Source: Octopus bimaculoides (lineage: Eukaryota). Taken from it: a stretch of DNA of 46,091 bases. Positions 20,401 through 29,233 of the stretch are shown piece after piece (position 1 is the stretch's first letter; every line of letters starts with the position of its first letter). The position numbers and the translations under genes are program-made. The notes below the pieces were generated by a model. It saw nothing but the letters and a program-made list of their open reading frames with translations, did not search any database and was not told the origin of the DNA. The stretch covers positions 129,597,686 to 129,643,776 of the forward strand of contig NC_068984.1 of the NCBI RefSeq assembly GCF_001194135.2, read 5' to 3'.

Positions 20401-22375
20401 CTTGGCCATAAACATCCAAACTGGAACATTTCAGATTTTTCAATACACTAACAAGAGGTAGTTTAGGCACAGGGCAAAGTGCTACAATATAACAAAGAGG
20501 AGGTAAGAGTTACATGTATGACTTATCATTGATGAGAATCAAAGCTTTCAAAAGGCCTAAAAGTACAGTTAAAACGAGGTGAGAGTTTGAACTTCAGACA
20601 GTGACAAATCTTGGCCACAGCATTCCATGAGAAGTCCCAAAAGAATGCTGTGTAGTAGCTGTCTACCAAGGAGAAAGCTGGGAGTTAGGAGGTGGAGTTG
20701 AGAAGACAAGGCCAAACCCATAGAGTTGCAGCAGATGTTGACAAGCTCTTCTCTATGCTTGCTTACAAGTACATAGAAGGGGTAGACCAGGGTAACATGA
20801 TGCTGTACAGCTGTGTAGATGAGAGGAGGACCCTAAAATACAGGGAAAAAGTAATTTTCAACATTCTCTCCAGATGCTCCTGAACTCATATATACTTTAC
20901 AAGGAGCAGACATGCCATGCCTTGATAAAGGTTTTGTGCCTTGGTTGTTGAGGCCTTGATGAAGGACTACATGGACCAGAGGAGTTGTCCCTCTGAGGAG
21001 ACTAGATACATGGTCACCATCACTCAAAACAAAAACGACTGTTGTTGTATTCGTAGTGGAATGCTTGGGGGACAAAAAAGATCCAGGACCTTGTGTCAGA
21101 AGTGTAAAAAAAGGCTTTCATGGACCAGGTTTCCCCAAACACAAATGTGAGTTGGTATATATTATTTTTGCATAAAAACTTGCGTGTGATTTAGTTTTAC
21201 TGGTACATAGTTATTTATTTTACATGTATTGTGTTGTTTTAGGCTCTTATTGTGATAGAGTGTATTGTACTATTTTGTTTATAAGCTTTCATATGTATAT
21301 TATATATATATATATTACTAATAGTTTTAGGCACTTATTTGTTTTCTACATGCAGCCATCAATTTCAACAGAAATTTTTTTCTTTCTTTTGGTCTTTTTG
21401 GATACACATACCAAAACACCTCGTGTCTCAAAGAGGTTAACCCCCCCCCCTCTGAAATTCGACAAGCGGTGAAAAAAAAACACTTTTAAACTTTCATTAA
21501 CTTTTACATATGCATAATCAGCAAAGCATTCTTTATGCTGGTTTGGTAAAGATTCCATAGTAGCAATTCTGCAACAAATTTCTATTCATTGAAACGACAT
21601 TAAAAAAAGTTTTTGATCGACAAATAACTTGAGATTCAAAATTTTCGTTTGATAAATTTTATTTATGCAAATAAAGAATTATTGATGTTATTGCATTTAT
21701 CATTTTTTTTAANNNNNNNNNNNNNNNNNNNNNNNNNNNNNNNNNNNNNNNNNNNNNNNNNNNNNNNNNNNNNNNNNNNNNNNNNNNNNNNNNNNNNNNN
21801 NNNNNNNNNNNNNNNNNNNNNNNNNNNNNNNNNNNNNNNNNNNNNNNNNNNNNNNNNNNNNNNNNNNNNNNNNNNNNNNTATTTAGCTGTTATTTTTAGT
21901 ACACCTCACGACCACCTCATACTGTCCTCGTCTATCACTCTGATGCATTGTTGTTTCTGAATATATTTCTACCCATAAACACATTTAATGGTCTATTGCT
22001 GAGATTCAAGCAAGACATTCGGCCTGTCCGAATTTTTAAACTGTGGTTAAAAAAAAATTTGTTTTTCGAAAAATTAAAAAAAAAGAAGCTTTTTGCATTG
22101 TCTCGTGGGTAGAATACAAATTCAAAAAATAAAAGTTATAAGAGCTTATATATGCTATGCGTCAAGCAGAATTCCGCTCCATAAGTATGATTGCAAATAA
22201 TGCAGAGTTAAAATGTTTGAAACAAAATTCATAAGAAAAATCTCGAAAGAAGAAAGAAAAAAAACTTTCGACAATACACTCTGAACCTAGTAAATTTTAA
22301 CTATATTCAAATTGCATGCATTTACTTACTAGACTTTCTCCATCCAAGATTAATGTTTGCAAGAGTGTAGAACAT
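2440..22375 (-). CDS. DTL: Denticleless/CDT2 homolog (WD40 substrate receptor of CRL4), 15 coding exons, ~661 aa (666 with the alternative exon 7 donor)
   Basis: Exons (minus): 22375-22330, 20481-20393, 18836-18797, 16706-16611, 14765-14583, 13149-13084, 11242-11151, 10525-10449, 10024-9924, 9772-9668, 7264-7152, 6247-6158, 4620-4512, 4103-3379, 2493-2440. All junctions are GT-AG and phases join into one frame. Peptides match CDT2 motifs: VPPLACNFS, WAAHSNAIFDLAW, CSGSRDGQILIYDSR, VKIWDLRK, FVSGSNDDNAYIW, GHTAEVTAVTW, IATLSDDNTMRMWRL, then an S/T-P-rich tail. Confidence 0.93.
3379..4103 (-). CDS. DTL: DTL exon 14, long disordered S/T-P-rich region
   Basis: tttcag acceptor, gtaaag donor; 725 nt open (ORF 3343-4053). 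SIKDW and AKRKLESS resemble human SIRNW and VKRRLDSS. Confidence 0.9.
4512..4620 (-). CDS. DTL: DTL exon 13 (IATLSDDNTMRMWRLNCHSLPADILEMSGSAMEYIH)
   Basis: tctcag acceptor, gtgagt donor; last WD40 repeat. Confidence 0.94.
5838..6040. mobile_element. piggyBac-type MITE, second family
   Basis: TTAA|ccc ... ggtatcaaaaggg|ctaa; fragments with the same interior or end near 30320-30460, 36170-36265 and 17480-17522. Confidence 0.55.
6158..6247 (-). CDS. DTL: DTL exon 12 (VEGSEYPCLTLAGHTAEVTAVTWSQHDFGK)
   Basis: gtctag acceptor, gtaagt donor; 90 nt. Confidence 0.94.
7152..7264 (-). CDS. DTL: DTL exon 11 (IRTYRGYQNTSFYIKAAVSPCGRFFVSGSNDDNAYIWE)
   Basis: ttgtag acceptor, gtttgt donor; lies in ORF 7083-7376. 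Confidence 0.94.
7747..8080 (+). mobile_element. tRNA-headed SINE family B (head, microsatellite, tail type 1)
   Basis: tggctgtgtggtaag...ggttccgggttc head, ccttgggcaagtgtcttctactatagcc core, (TA/TG)n hinge, tail ending gactgaaacaagtaaaaga. Other copies or fragments: 10752-10910(+), 12560-12846(+), 13571-13742(+), 14270-14520(+), 9405-9540(-), 24030-24200(-), 29500-29625(-), 40617-40900(+), 44130-44397(-). Confidence 0.85.
9668..9772 (-). CDS. DTL: DTL exon 10 (GITSLAFDPSLSRLFATCKDHSVYLYNSATYAREP)
   Basis: ttttag acceptor, gtaagt donor; 105 nt. Confidence 0.93.
9924..10024 (-). CDS. DTL: DTL exon 9 (STVKIWDLRK...MRNF)
   Basis: cttcag acceptor, gtaagt donor; contains WDLR, the DDB1-binding WDxR motif. 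Confidence 0.95.
10449..10525 (-). CDS. DTL: DTL exon 8 (DNREKSVTAVLYQTDNLLASAGAIN)
   Basis: ttccag acceptor, gttagt donor; matches SVTVVLFQDENTLVSAGA. Confidence 0.92.
11151..11242 (-). CDS. DTL: DTL exon 7 (DGYMRSVSAIKNAHSIGPAMHLKRNCRNKNN)
   Basis: tcttag acceptor; gtaaga donor after 11151, with an in-frame gttaga donor after 11136. Confidence 0.85.
11430..11794 (-). mobile_element. Second copy of SINE family C
   Basis: Nearly collinear with 44639-45013, with a small deletion in the tRNA-like head. Confidence 0.88.
13084..13149 (-). CDS. DTL: DTL exon 6 (FVFCSGSRDGQILIYDSRVNSR)
   Basis: ctctag acceptor, gtaatg donor; YDSR corresponds to the first WDxR-type motif. Confidence 0.93.
13898..14109. 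repeat. Foldback (inverted repeat) element
   Basis: Perfect 33-bp arms at 13926-13958 and 14049-14081, with degenerate pairing extending out to about 13898 and 14109. Confidence 0.9.
14583..14765 (-). CDS. DTL: DTL exon 5 (WD40: YWAAHSNAIFDLAW...KGHSRSVKSVCFSPSNN)
   Basis: Lies in the ORF-track ORF 14554-14790; ttccag acceptor, gtaatt donor. Confidence 0.95.
14944..15365 (-). mobile_element. Family A repeat, opposite orientation
   Basis: Reads catcatggtttaacgtccgctttccatgctagcatgg... on the plus strand. Other copies in this orientation: 8403-8690, 8823-9115, 9158-9404, 31631-31770, 43201-43410. Confidence 0.85.
15757..16349. mobile_element. Non-autonomous DNA transposon (MITE) with 28-bp perfect TIRs, GG termini and 8-bp TSD
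   Basis: ggatctatttcaaaacgggggcaccagt ... actggtgcccccgttttgaaatagatcc; flanks ggatgatt/tgatgatt (7 of 8 match); internal (ccctaa)-like motifs. Confidence 0.88.
16611..16706 (-). CDS. DTL: DTL exon 4 (VKSTPNILGLSDENGCVILFDTNKYGEQAVLK)
   Basis: ccttag acceptor, gtaagt donor; 96 nt, phase 1-1; matches HVLAVANEEGFVRLYNT. Confidence 0.9.
16980..17433 (+). mobile_element. (GAT)n-tailed retroposed repeat, family A (well-preserved copy with internal tandem units)
   Basis: Ends catgctagcatggaaagcggacgttaaacgacgatg and contains ggttggcgttaggaagggcatccagc. Copies in the same orientation: 4245-4423, 4848-5006, 6665-6830, 12915-13070, 19245-19427, 39415-39592, 42221-42527. Confidence 0.85.
17660..18330 (+). 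mobile_element. Penelope-like retroelement reverse transcriptase fragment (frameshifted)
   Basis: FYGFPQIHK...MRPFVAGP / THRLSNFVDIFLK...FIRDDLDFL / LVSFDVINLYTSIPH are characteristic PLE RT motifs, split across frames. Confidence 0.85.
18797..18836 (-). CDS. DTL: DTL exon 3 (IAAVPPLACNFSK)
   Basis: ttgcag acceptor, gtaagg donor; matches human VPVPPFGCTFS. Confidence 0.88.
20063..20311. mobile_element. hAT (Charlie-like) MITE
   Basis: Imperfect TIRs cagggattttcaaac / gtttgaaaacccttg; perfect 8-bp TSD atctaaat, matching the Charlie-type nTCTARAn target; internal ggacccc motifs. A related left end cagtggttctcaacc starts at 15394. Confidence 0.85.
20393..20481 (-). CDS. DTL: DTL exon 2 (TLCPVPKLPLVSVLKNLKCSSLDVYGQVSQ)
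   Basis: ttgtag acceptor, gtaatt donor; resembles the CDT2 N-terminal PLxSLLxxxxC segment. Confidence 0.8.
20560..21436 (+). mobile_element. Decayed piggyBac element: C-terminal transposase and right end
   Basis: YKYIEGVDQGNMMLYSCVDERRTLKYREKVIFNI resembles the piggyBac YNxxMGGVDxxD...YxxxRRTxKYWKK block. The Cys-rich tail DCCCIRS...KRSRTLCQKCKK follows after frameshifts. Ends aaagagg|TTAA at 21436-21440. Confidence 0.75.
21713..21879. other. Assembly gap (N run); others at 23813-23967, 25749-26000 and 33619-33628
   Basis: N bases in the sequence. Confidence 1.
22330..22375 (-). CDS. DTL: DTL exon 1 (MFYTLANINLGWRKS)
   Basis: ATG at 22375 and GTAAGT donor; phase 1 fits exon 2. Homology is weak, so the call rests on position and phase. 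Confidence 0.75.
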
Positions 22376-22741
22376 AATGAAGCTTCTCACTCAACCAAAC
22401 ATGAATTAAACACCTGAATTTTACCGCCAGTAAACCGGCGCGTAGTGACGTCACAAATTTTCGAGAAAGATATTAACAATGGATTATTTTTATTAAAATT
22501 TATCATATTATTAAATGGAATATATTATATTTTATATGTATGTGTATATAATATTTTTTAAAGAAATATCAAATAAAAATAATAACCGTCATCTCGAAGC
22601 ATCGAGATTTGAAGAAGTGGGAATGGTGGGGCATGGGAGTAAGATTCAAGAGCGATAATCGTGATTCATCTAGAAGCTTCAGCGGCTTCTGCTAAACCGG
22701 TCTAATATTGGCTAATTAAGGACAAAAAGAACTCCATCAAA
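22376..22741. promoter_or_regulatory. Bidirectional promoter region shared by DTL and CCT4
   Basis: 366 bp between divergent ATGs and locally CpG-rich. TGACGTCA (CRE) at 22446-22453; TTCgaGAA at 22460-22467; HSE-like ATCtaGAAgcTTC near 22668-22680; ATTGG at 22707-22711; E2F-like tttaccgcc and ggcgcg near 22420-22442. Confidence 0.7.
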
Positions 22742-22841
22742 ATGCCTGAACCTGTTGAAGCAAAGAAAGGTAAAAAGTCGGAATATGAAGATCGCGATAA
22801 ACCGACACAGATACGCTTCAGTAATATTAATGCAGCGAAAG
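22742..22841 (+). CDS. CCT4: CCT4 exon 1
   Basis: [33 protein letters not shown]; gtaaat donor, phase 1. Confidence 0.93.
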
Positions 22842-23967
22842 GTAAATCTAATTATGTGTTCCTCTGTTTCATTGAGAAGAGAAAACGTGCTTCATCATAA
22901 TGGCTTCCTATTTAACAAACCAACAAGGAGTCATCATTCGTTTGTTTGGTTATATATCTGGATTTTGTCAGTCATTTCGGAAAAAAATGTAATCCCATTA
23001 ATGTTCTGCATTTTAGATAGATCGTATATTTAACTCACTCATACTAAGCAAGGACATAAACCATTGTCATTCTACGTTACGCTGTTCCATTCTTTCCTCC
23101 GTTATATACTATGAGGAATCTTGCGGCGGTTTATGTGGAATCTCTTGACAAATATATTTTTTAATGTAAACATTTACTCATTTGGTCAAAGGTTTGATTC
23201 TAGTAAAAAATTGAAGTCCATTAGGAAATTCGATGATGTTTGTTAATCGAATAAAAATGAAGTAATTCCTCGCTAATTTATGCGAACCGTAGTGACTACT
23301 AACTAGATCACCATGTGCCTGCTCTCAGAATTTTATTTCATATTTCATCCTGTGAGCCACATGCAAATTTAATTTATTTCGTTCTGTCAGAAATGTAAAA
23401 ATTTATAACTAAACAGTAATTAATGCCAATAGCTTTAATCTTTTTTTATTGTCCTTGCTATTTTTTGTGTAGCGGATATTTGTTCCAAATAAAACTCGGT
23501 TTTTTTTTTTTGTAGGTAGACGACTAGGTCTTGTCTTCATGCTTTTGTCTGTCACTACTTCTTGTTAGCATATCCCTTAAGATATGTCTATTCAGTCAAC
23601 TTCGCTGTCAGAAGAAATATAATAGTAGTAGTCAGTTTTTACGAGTGACTCACAACTAACGTGCTCGTTCAGGGAATATTTAGCTTTCCTTATTTTAACA
23701 GTAACGGTGTTGATTACAGGTATCCAGTGTACCATTTATGACAACGAAAGTGACAAGGGAGTATCTGTAACTTGGTGCTGAACAAGTGTCTCGAGGGATT
23801 TTGTTCATAAGGNNNNNNNNNNNNNNNNNNNNNNNNNNNNNNNNNNNNNNNNNNNNNNNNNNNNNNNNNNNNNNNNNNNNNNNNNNNNNNNNNNNNNNNN
23901 NNNNNNNNNNNNNNNNNNNNNNNNNNNNNNNNNNNNNNNNNNNNNNNNNNNNNNNNNNNNNNNNNNN

Positions 23968-24040
<73 letters not shown>

Positions 24041-27000
24041 TATACACACTCACACGATAGGCTTCGTAGTATACATCCCACTTTCAAGGTATCTATTAAC
24101 CCAAAGTTATGATAGAAGCCATATCCCAAAGTGTAAAGCACTGGGATCGAGCTCATAACCACGTGGTTACGAAGCGAACTTAACTCCGCAGCCACGCTTG
24201 TGCTACAAAAACTTGTCTGGGAGTTGGCCCTTACGCTTGATTTCAAAAACTTTGGCAGACTCATTTGTTTGAACCCTTTACAATCTTACGTTTATCTCCC
24301 CATCCCCTCCCCCGAAATACCTTTAGAGAAGAATTTTATCGGAGAAGTGCAATCTTTCATCGGTACCTCCACTCTTTCCTTCCGTAGATGGTAGTCGTCA
24401 ATATATGCAAACATTCTTAGAGATCTGTAGAAATTATTGCGAATTATGTACCAGCTACCCCCTTTTTTTTTCTCTTAGGCGCTGTCTTCAAAATCCAAAT
24501 GTGTTGGTTTGTTCTTAAGGAACATACTGTTATGTAAAAACTATTAATATTGGTAATAAAATTATCTATAAAATGATGTCTGTGAACGGCACTGGTGCCT
24601 TCTCGGTGAAGTTGTTTGGTCCCATGTCAGCCCTGGTTAAGCAGACCTAGTTACTGAAGCTATTCTGTTTTCGCTACCAAAGAACTACATTGTTTTATGT
24701 GTCTTTCTTTTTTTTTTAAACAGGATACAATTTGAGGGAGATTTGGTTACTGTTTCAAGCAGATGTACTAAAAGCTCCCTCACTGGCCTCTATCTTCTAC
24801 CTGGCAAGAGATTGCAATGAAAGTATTGTAGTTAGAGCAAAAATAATAGAACATTCAGGAAACTTGTCTCTGTTGGCAACAAAGGGAAAACTGGTTGTAG
24901 TGAAAGTATGATTATGGAACATGGAAATATTGCAGAGTTGGTGAAAATAAAAAAACCTACCTGTATTTTTTGAATGGCCCCTATCAAAGTCAGCTGGTAG
25001 CTTGAGGCTTCATTGCCTGTCTCTACATAATTGTCCAAATATGTACAATGCATGGATCCATTTGTATTCAGTACACTCTGTCATCACCTTTCCAGTACTT
25101 CCATCCTTCTCATTTCCCTAGACCACTTATTGCTTCTGTTTCTATCCCTCACTTTATTCAACCATCATACTCTTGTTCCTGCTTCTTCTGTTATTTTCTC
25201 TCTCTCTCTCTCTCTCTTCTCGGTCTGCTTACCAATAGCATATGAACACATAGAATAGTGAAGATTGTTGACTTTATGGAGTACAAGACAAGTTGTTCAT
25301 ACTGGTGCCAAGATAAAATATAGTATGCTTTGTAAAGTGGTCGGCAAACAAGCAGATAGTCTGTGGCCAAGAGGACTCCTTAGTCACATCAAGGACATGA
25401 TGCTGTCTCTAGTACTGGTTCCACAATAAGATACATCCTGTAAACTTGGGAATCTAGCCATAGCAACCCAGCTAAAAATTAAGGATCTATTTTAAAACGG
25501 GGGCCACATTTTTCATTAATGTTTTACATAGTGTTTTTGGTACGGAAAGACTTTCAAACTTCGTATATTTATCTATTTTGTGTTATAGAACAGAAAAATA
25601 TTTTTGTATTCGAATTTATTTCATGTAAAAAATTGTCTTATTTCGATAATTTCAACCAATCACTGACAAGTATTCAGTTGTTTACATTTACTCCTTTGGC
25701 TGATTAAGCGATGTAAAGCGTATTTAATCTCCATACCTTCGTTTTATTNNNNNNNNNNNNNNNNNNNNNNNNNNNNNNNNNNNNNNNNNNNNNNNNNNNN
25801 NNNNNNNNNNNNNNNNNNNNNNNNNNNNNNNNNNNNNNNNNNNNNNNNNNNNNNNNNNNNNNNNNNNNNNNNNNNNNNNNNNNNNNNNNNNNNNNNNNNN
25901 NNNNNNNNNNNNNNNNNNNNNNNNNNNNNNNNNNNNNNNNNNNNNNNNNNNNNNNNNNNNNNNNNNNNNNNNNNNNNNNNNNNNNNNNNNNNNNNNNNNN
26001 TTTTAAGAAGACTAAGAGAAAAAGATGTTTTATATGACACATTCTACCAGTGTTCCAAGTTTCAAAGTGTTTCGTTAATGAAAAATGTGGCCCCCGTTTT
26101 AAAAAAGATCCAAAATTAAACATCCAAGCTAGGTGACATCCTCCAATGCATCAAGGAGGTCAATAACTCTGAATAAGAGTATGGGAAATGGGCTTGTGAT
26201 GATGAATCTATCAGATAGAAAGAATCAGTGAAGAGATACTCCTGCTACTTTCATAACAGGGATAATCCTTGTACTCAACCTCTTAGTATGGCCTCATGTG
26301 CATACCCCTCTCTCTCTCTTTTTCGCTTTATCATAGAGACAACAGCCTTTATTTTTCAGGAGCCATTGATTGCTTCTGTAGACTCTCTTCATTTTAAAAC
26401 CCCTTGCTTAGATATTCAAGAGATGTGACGCAATATACTGCATTGAGGAAATATTGACTCTGTAGGCTGCAGTGAAGTTCTTGATTTAAAGGTGTTGGGA
26501 ATAGAAAGAGTATCAGTCCTTAAAAGAAAAGAAACATACCAAGAAAAAGGTGGAGGAAGTTCGAACTCCATAAACTATAGTGAAGATTGCCCATCTAAGA
26601 AAGTAATAACACTGGTGGAACTCTTTAGCTTGTGTTGTAAAGTGGGTGGGTGGCACTAGGAAGTTTAATTGTAGAAACTATTATAAAAATACATTATGTC
26701 TGCAAGAAGCATTGAAAGTTCTCTCTGCTGTTGTGTATAATTGATGAAGGATTGTCATCAGAAACTGTTATTCAACCAATGTTTGCATAGATAAAGCAGT
26801 CATAAATTGATGATCTCAGAGTCAATAACAGCAACTACATTCCGTTTTAAAACATATCTAGGCTTAAGCCAGAATAATTTCATATAATGGTTAGCATGGT
26901 GCAGATTAAGTGATTGGTGGTGAGGTGGACATCTAGTCACAAATACATGCCAGAATGGAATATACATGTGAGAAGATACTCCTGCTACCTTCATAAGAGA

Positions 27001-29188
27001 TAACAGTCAATGACTCCTGAAAAATAAAGGTTGTCTCTATGAAGTAGAAAGGGGCAGGGCATGCACGAGACCAAATTAAGAGGCTGAACACAAGGATTAT
27101 CCATTATTGAGGTAGCTGGAGTATCTCTTCACATTGATTCTATACAAGGACGTGGCTCATGGAGGTTACTTCTCACCTGCATATGGAGTGTGTCATTTAA
27201 AATAACTCTTTAACTGATGTGAATTTTAACTTGAACTTCTCTTTTAATTTTACAGCTGTTGTTGATGCCATTAGAACCAGTCTGGGCCCTCGTGGCATGG
27301 ATAAAATGGTATGTTGCTAAAGTACTATAAATTCATTTCTTACCTGTCAAAAATTGTACTATTTAGTCAAAATTAGTCCGTGTAAAAAGCAATGTAGGTT
27401 CACTTAATGCACATATATTCAAAAGAAAAATTATGCCTAATTTCCTGTTGACAGTAAACAATTGATTTCAGTTGGATACTGGCAATATTTGTTATTGGTA
27501 TTTTGTTGTTTCTCTGAGAAAGGTACACTTGTATAGTCCAGACAGCCAGAGAAAGTAGAATGAAGGAAAAGTTCGTGTCTGAGTACAGTGAAATAAGTGG
27601 TTCATTGATTTTGCAGTGCCAATCGTATTTTCCTTTGAGTAAATGGAGGAGTGATTGATGAATCCTTTTACCAAATTCATTAAACTTATTTTGCATTGAT
27701 GGACTCAAAACGTTGACCGTTTATCCTGAGTCAACGGCATCATATTGTTTTTTATGTCCACAATTAGCACAGTTTTGTGATAATTATTAGTCTTTTTCCA
27801 TTTTGAAAATACATCTGAAAACTCATTAGCAGAAGAGACTGTTACCTTCAAAGTATCTCATTTTGATGAAGATTAAATAAAAAAAAAAGTCGCCAGTTTT
27901 GCAGTAGCATGTTATACAAGGCATCTTGAGAGCTTCCATGGGGTAGTTCATCCTGCTAAAAATAAATCAAATTTTTCTTCAAATTCTATCATTTTCAAAG
28001 CTAAAACAAATTTTGATAATGCAGTTCTAGTTATACAGTGTCAGACCAAAGAATGGAATGGTCACAGTTGTAATGCCTCAGAACATAGTTCTGCTCTACC
28101 TGGGCTCGCTTGTAGTCGAACTTACTCTGTTAATAAAAACAATATCAGGAAGATTAAAACAACAGTAAGCACAACTGTGCAAATATAAACTATTTGTTTT
28201 ATATACATAATTTATCAATTTGATATTGAGCAATTGGATTACTTTTTCTATAACAACATTTTGTATATAATAGCTTGTTCTGTTCATGTTCACTTGGATA
28301 GTGCTAAAATATTATCCATAAATGCTTCTGTATAAAAGCTCGTCTTTTTTCATTGCTATAACTTTGACTTGAGTTACCTATAAAACTTATCGTTTTGTTT
28401 GACTTTTGTGCTGGTCATTACTTTGCATTTCATAAATATTTCAGATCCAAGCTAGTAATGGCGATGTCACTATCACTAATGATGGGGCTACTATCTTAAA
28501 ACAAATGCAAGTTCTTCATCCTGCTGCAAGAATGGTAAGCTCCATGATATTCAAACATTAATTTCTGGTTTTTAGTTTTCTAACTTGTACAAGAATTCTG
28601 TCTTTCAACTAAACAAATGTAAACACAATTGGTATCCGAGAAAGAAATTCTTTGCTAAAAGATAAGAATTTTATGAATTGTTACCTCTGGATCAGAAAGG
28701 CAGTGGTTCTGATACTTAATAGTTGATGACTAGTCCCAAGAAAATCTGAAATAATAATAATAATAATAATAATATTGCCCTCTCTTTGGCTTTTACTTAA
28801 CTTTCTTCACTATGAAATTGAATGTGTTTAATGATTCATATGTTCTAAGTTGTTTTCATCTTCCATTGTAGCTTGTAGAACTGTCTAAAGCCCAAGATGT
28901 AGAAGCTGGTGATGGCACCACAACTGTTGTGGTTCTTGCTGGAAGTTTGCTTGATGCTACAGCTAAGTTACTTAAGAAAGGTACTTGTATATTTTATTTA
29001 GTCTCTAACCATTAACAGCATGTCAGGCTCAGACATGGCTGTACGGTAAGAAGTTTGCTTCCCAACCATATGGTTCTGGGTTTCATCCTCCTGCATGGTA
29101 CCTTGGACAAGTGTTTTCCACTATGGCCCTCAGGATGACCAAAGGCTTGTGGGTGGATTTGATAGACTAAAACTGAAATAAAATCATT

Positions 29189-29233
<45 letters not shown>

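Noticed and set aside
23695-24264. 189-aa ORF and neighbouring ORFs
   Set aside because: They run through an N-gap, a microsatellite and a SINE, so they are artefacts.
27256-27270. CCT4 AVVDAIR instead of the usual AVADAIR
   Set aside because: A single conservative substitution that cannot be interpreted without an alignment or RNA data.
27655-27735. Possible C/D snoRNA (TGATGA ... CTGA) in CCT4 intron 2
   Set aside because: No terminal stem and no recognisable rRNA-complementary guide; the CTGA lies inside an unrelated 6-bp hairpin.
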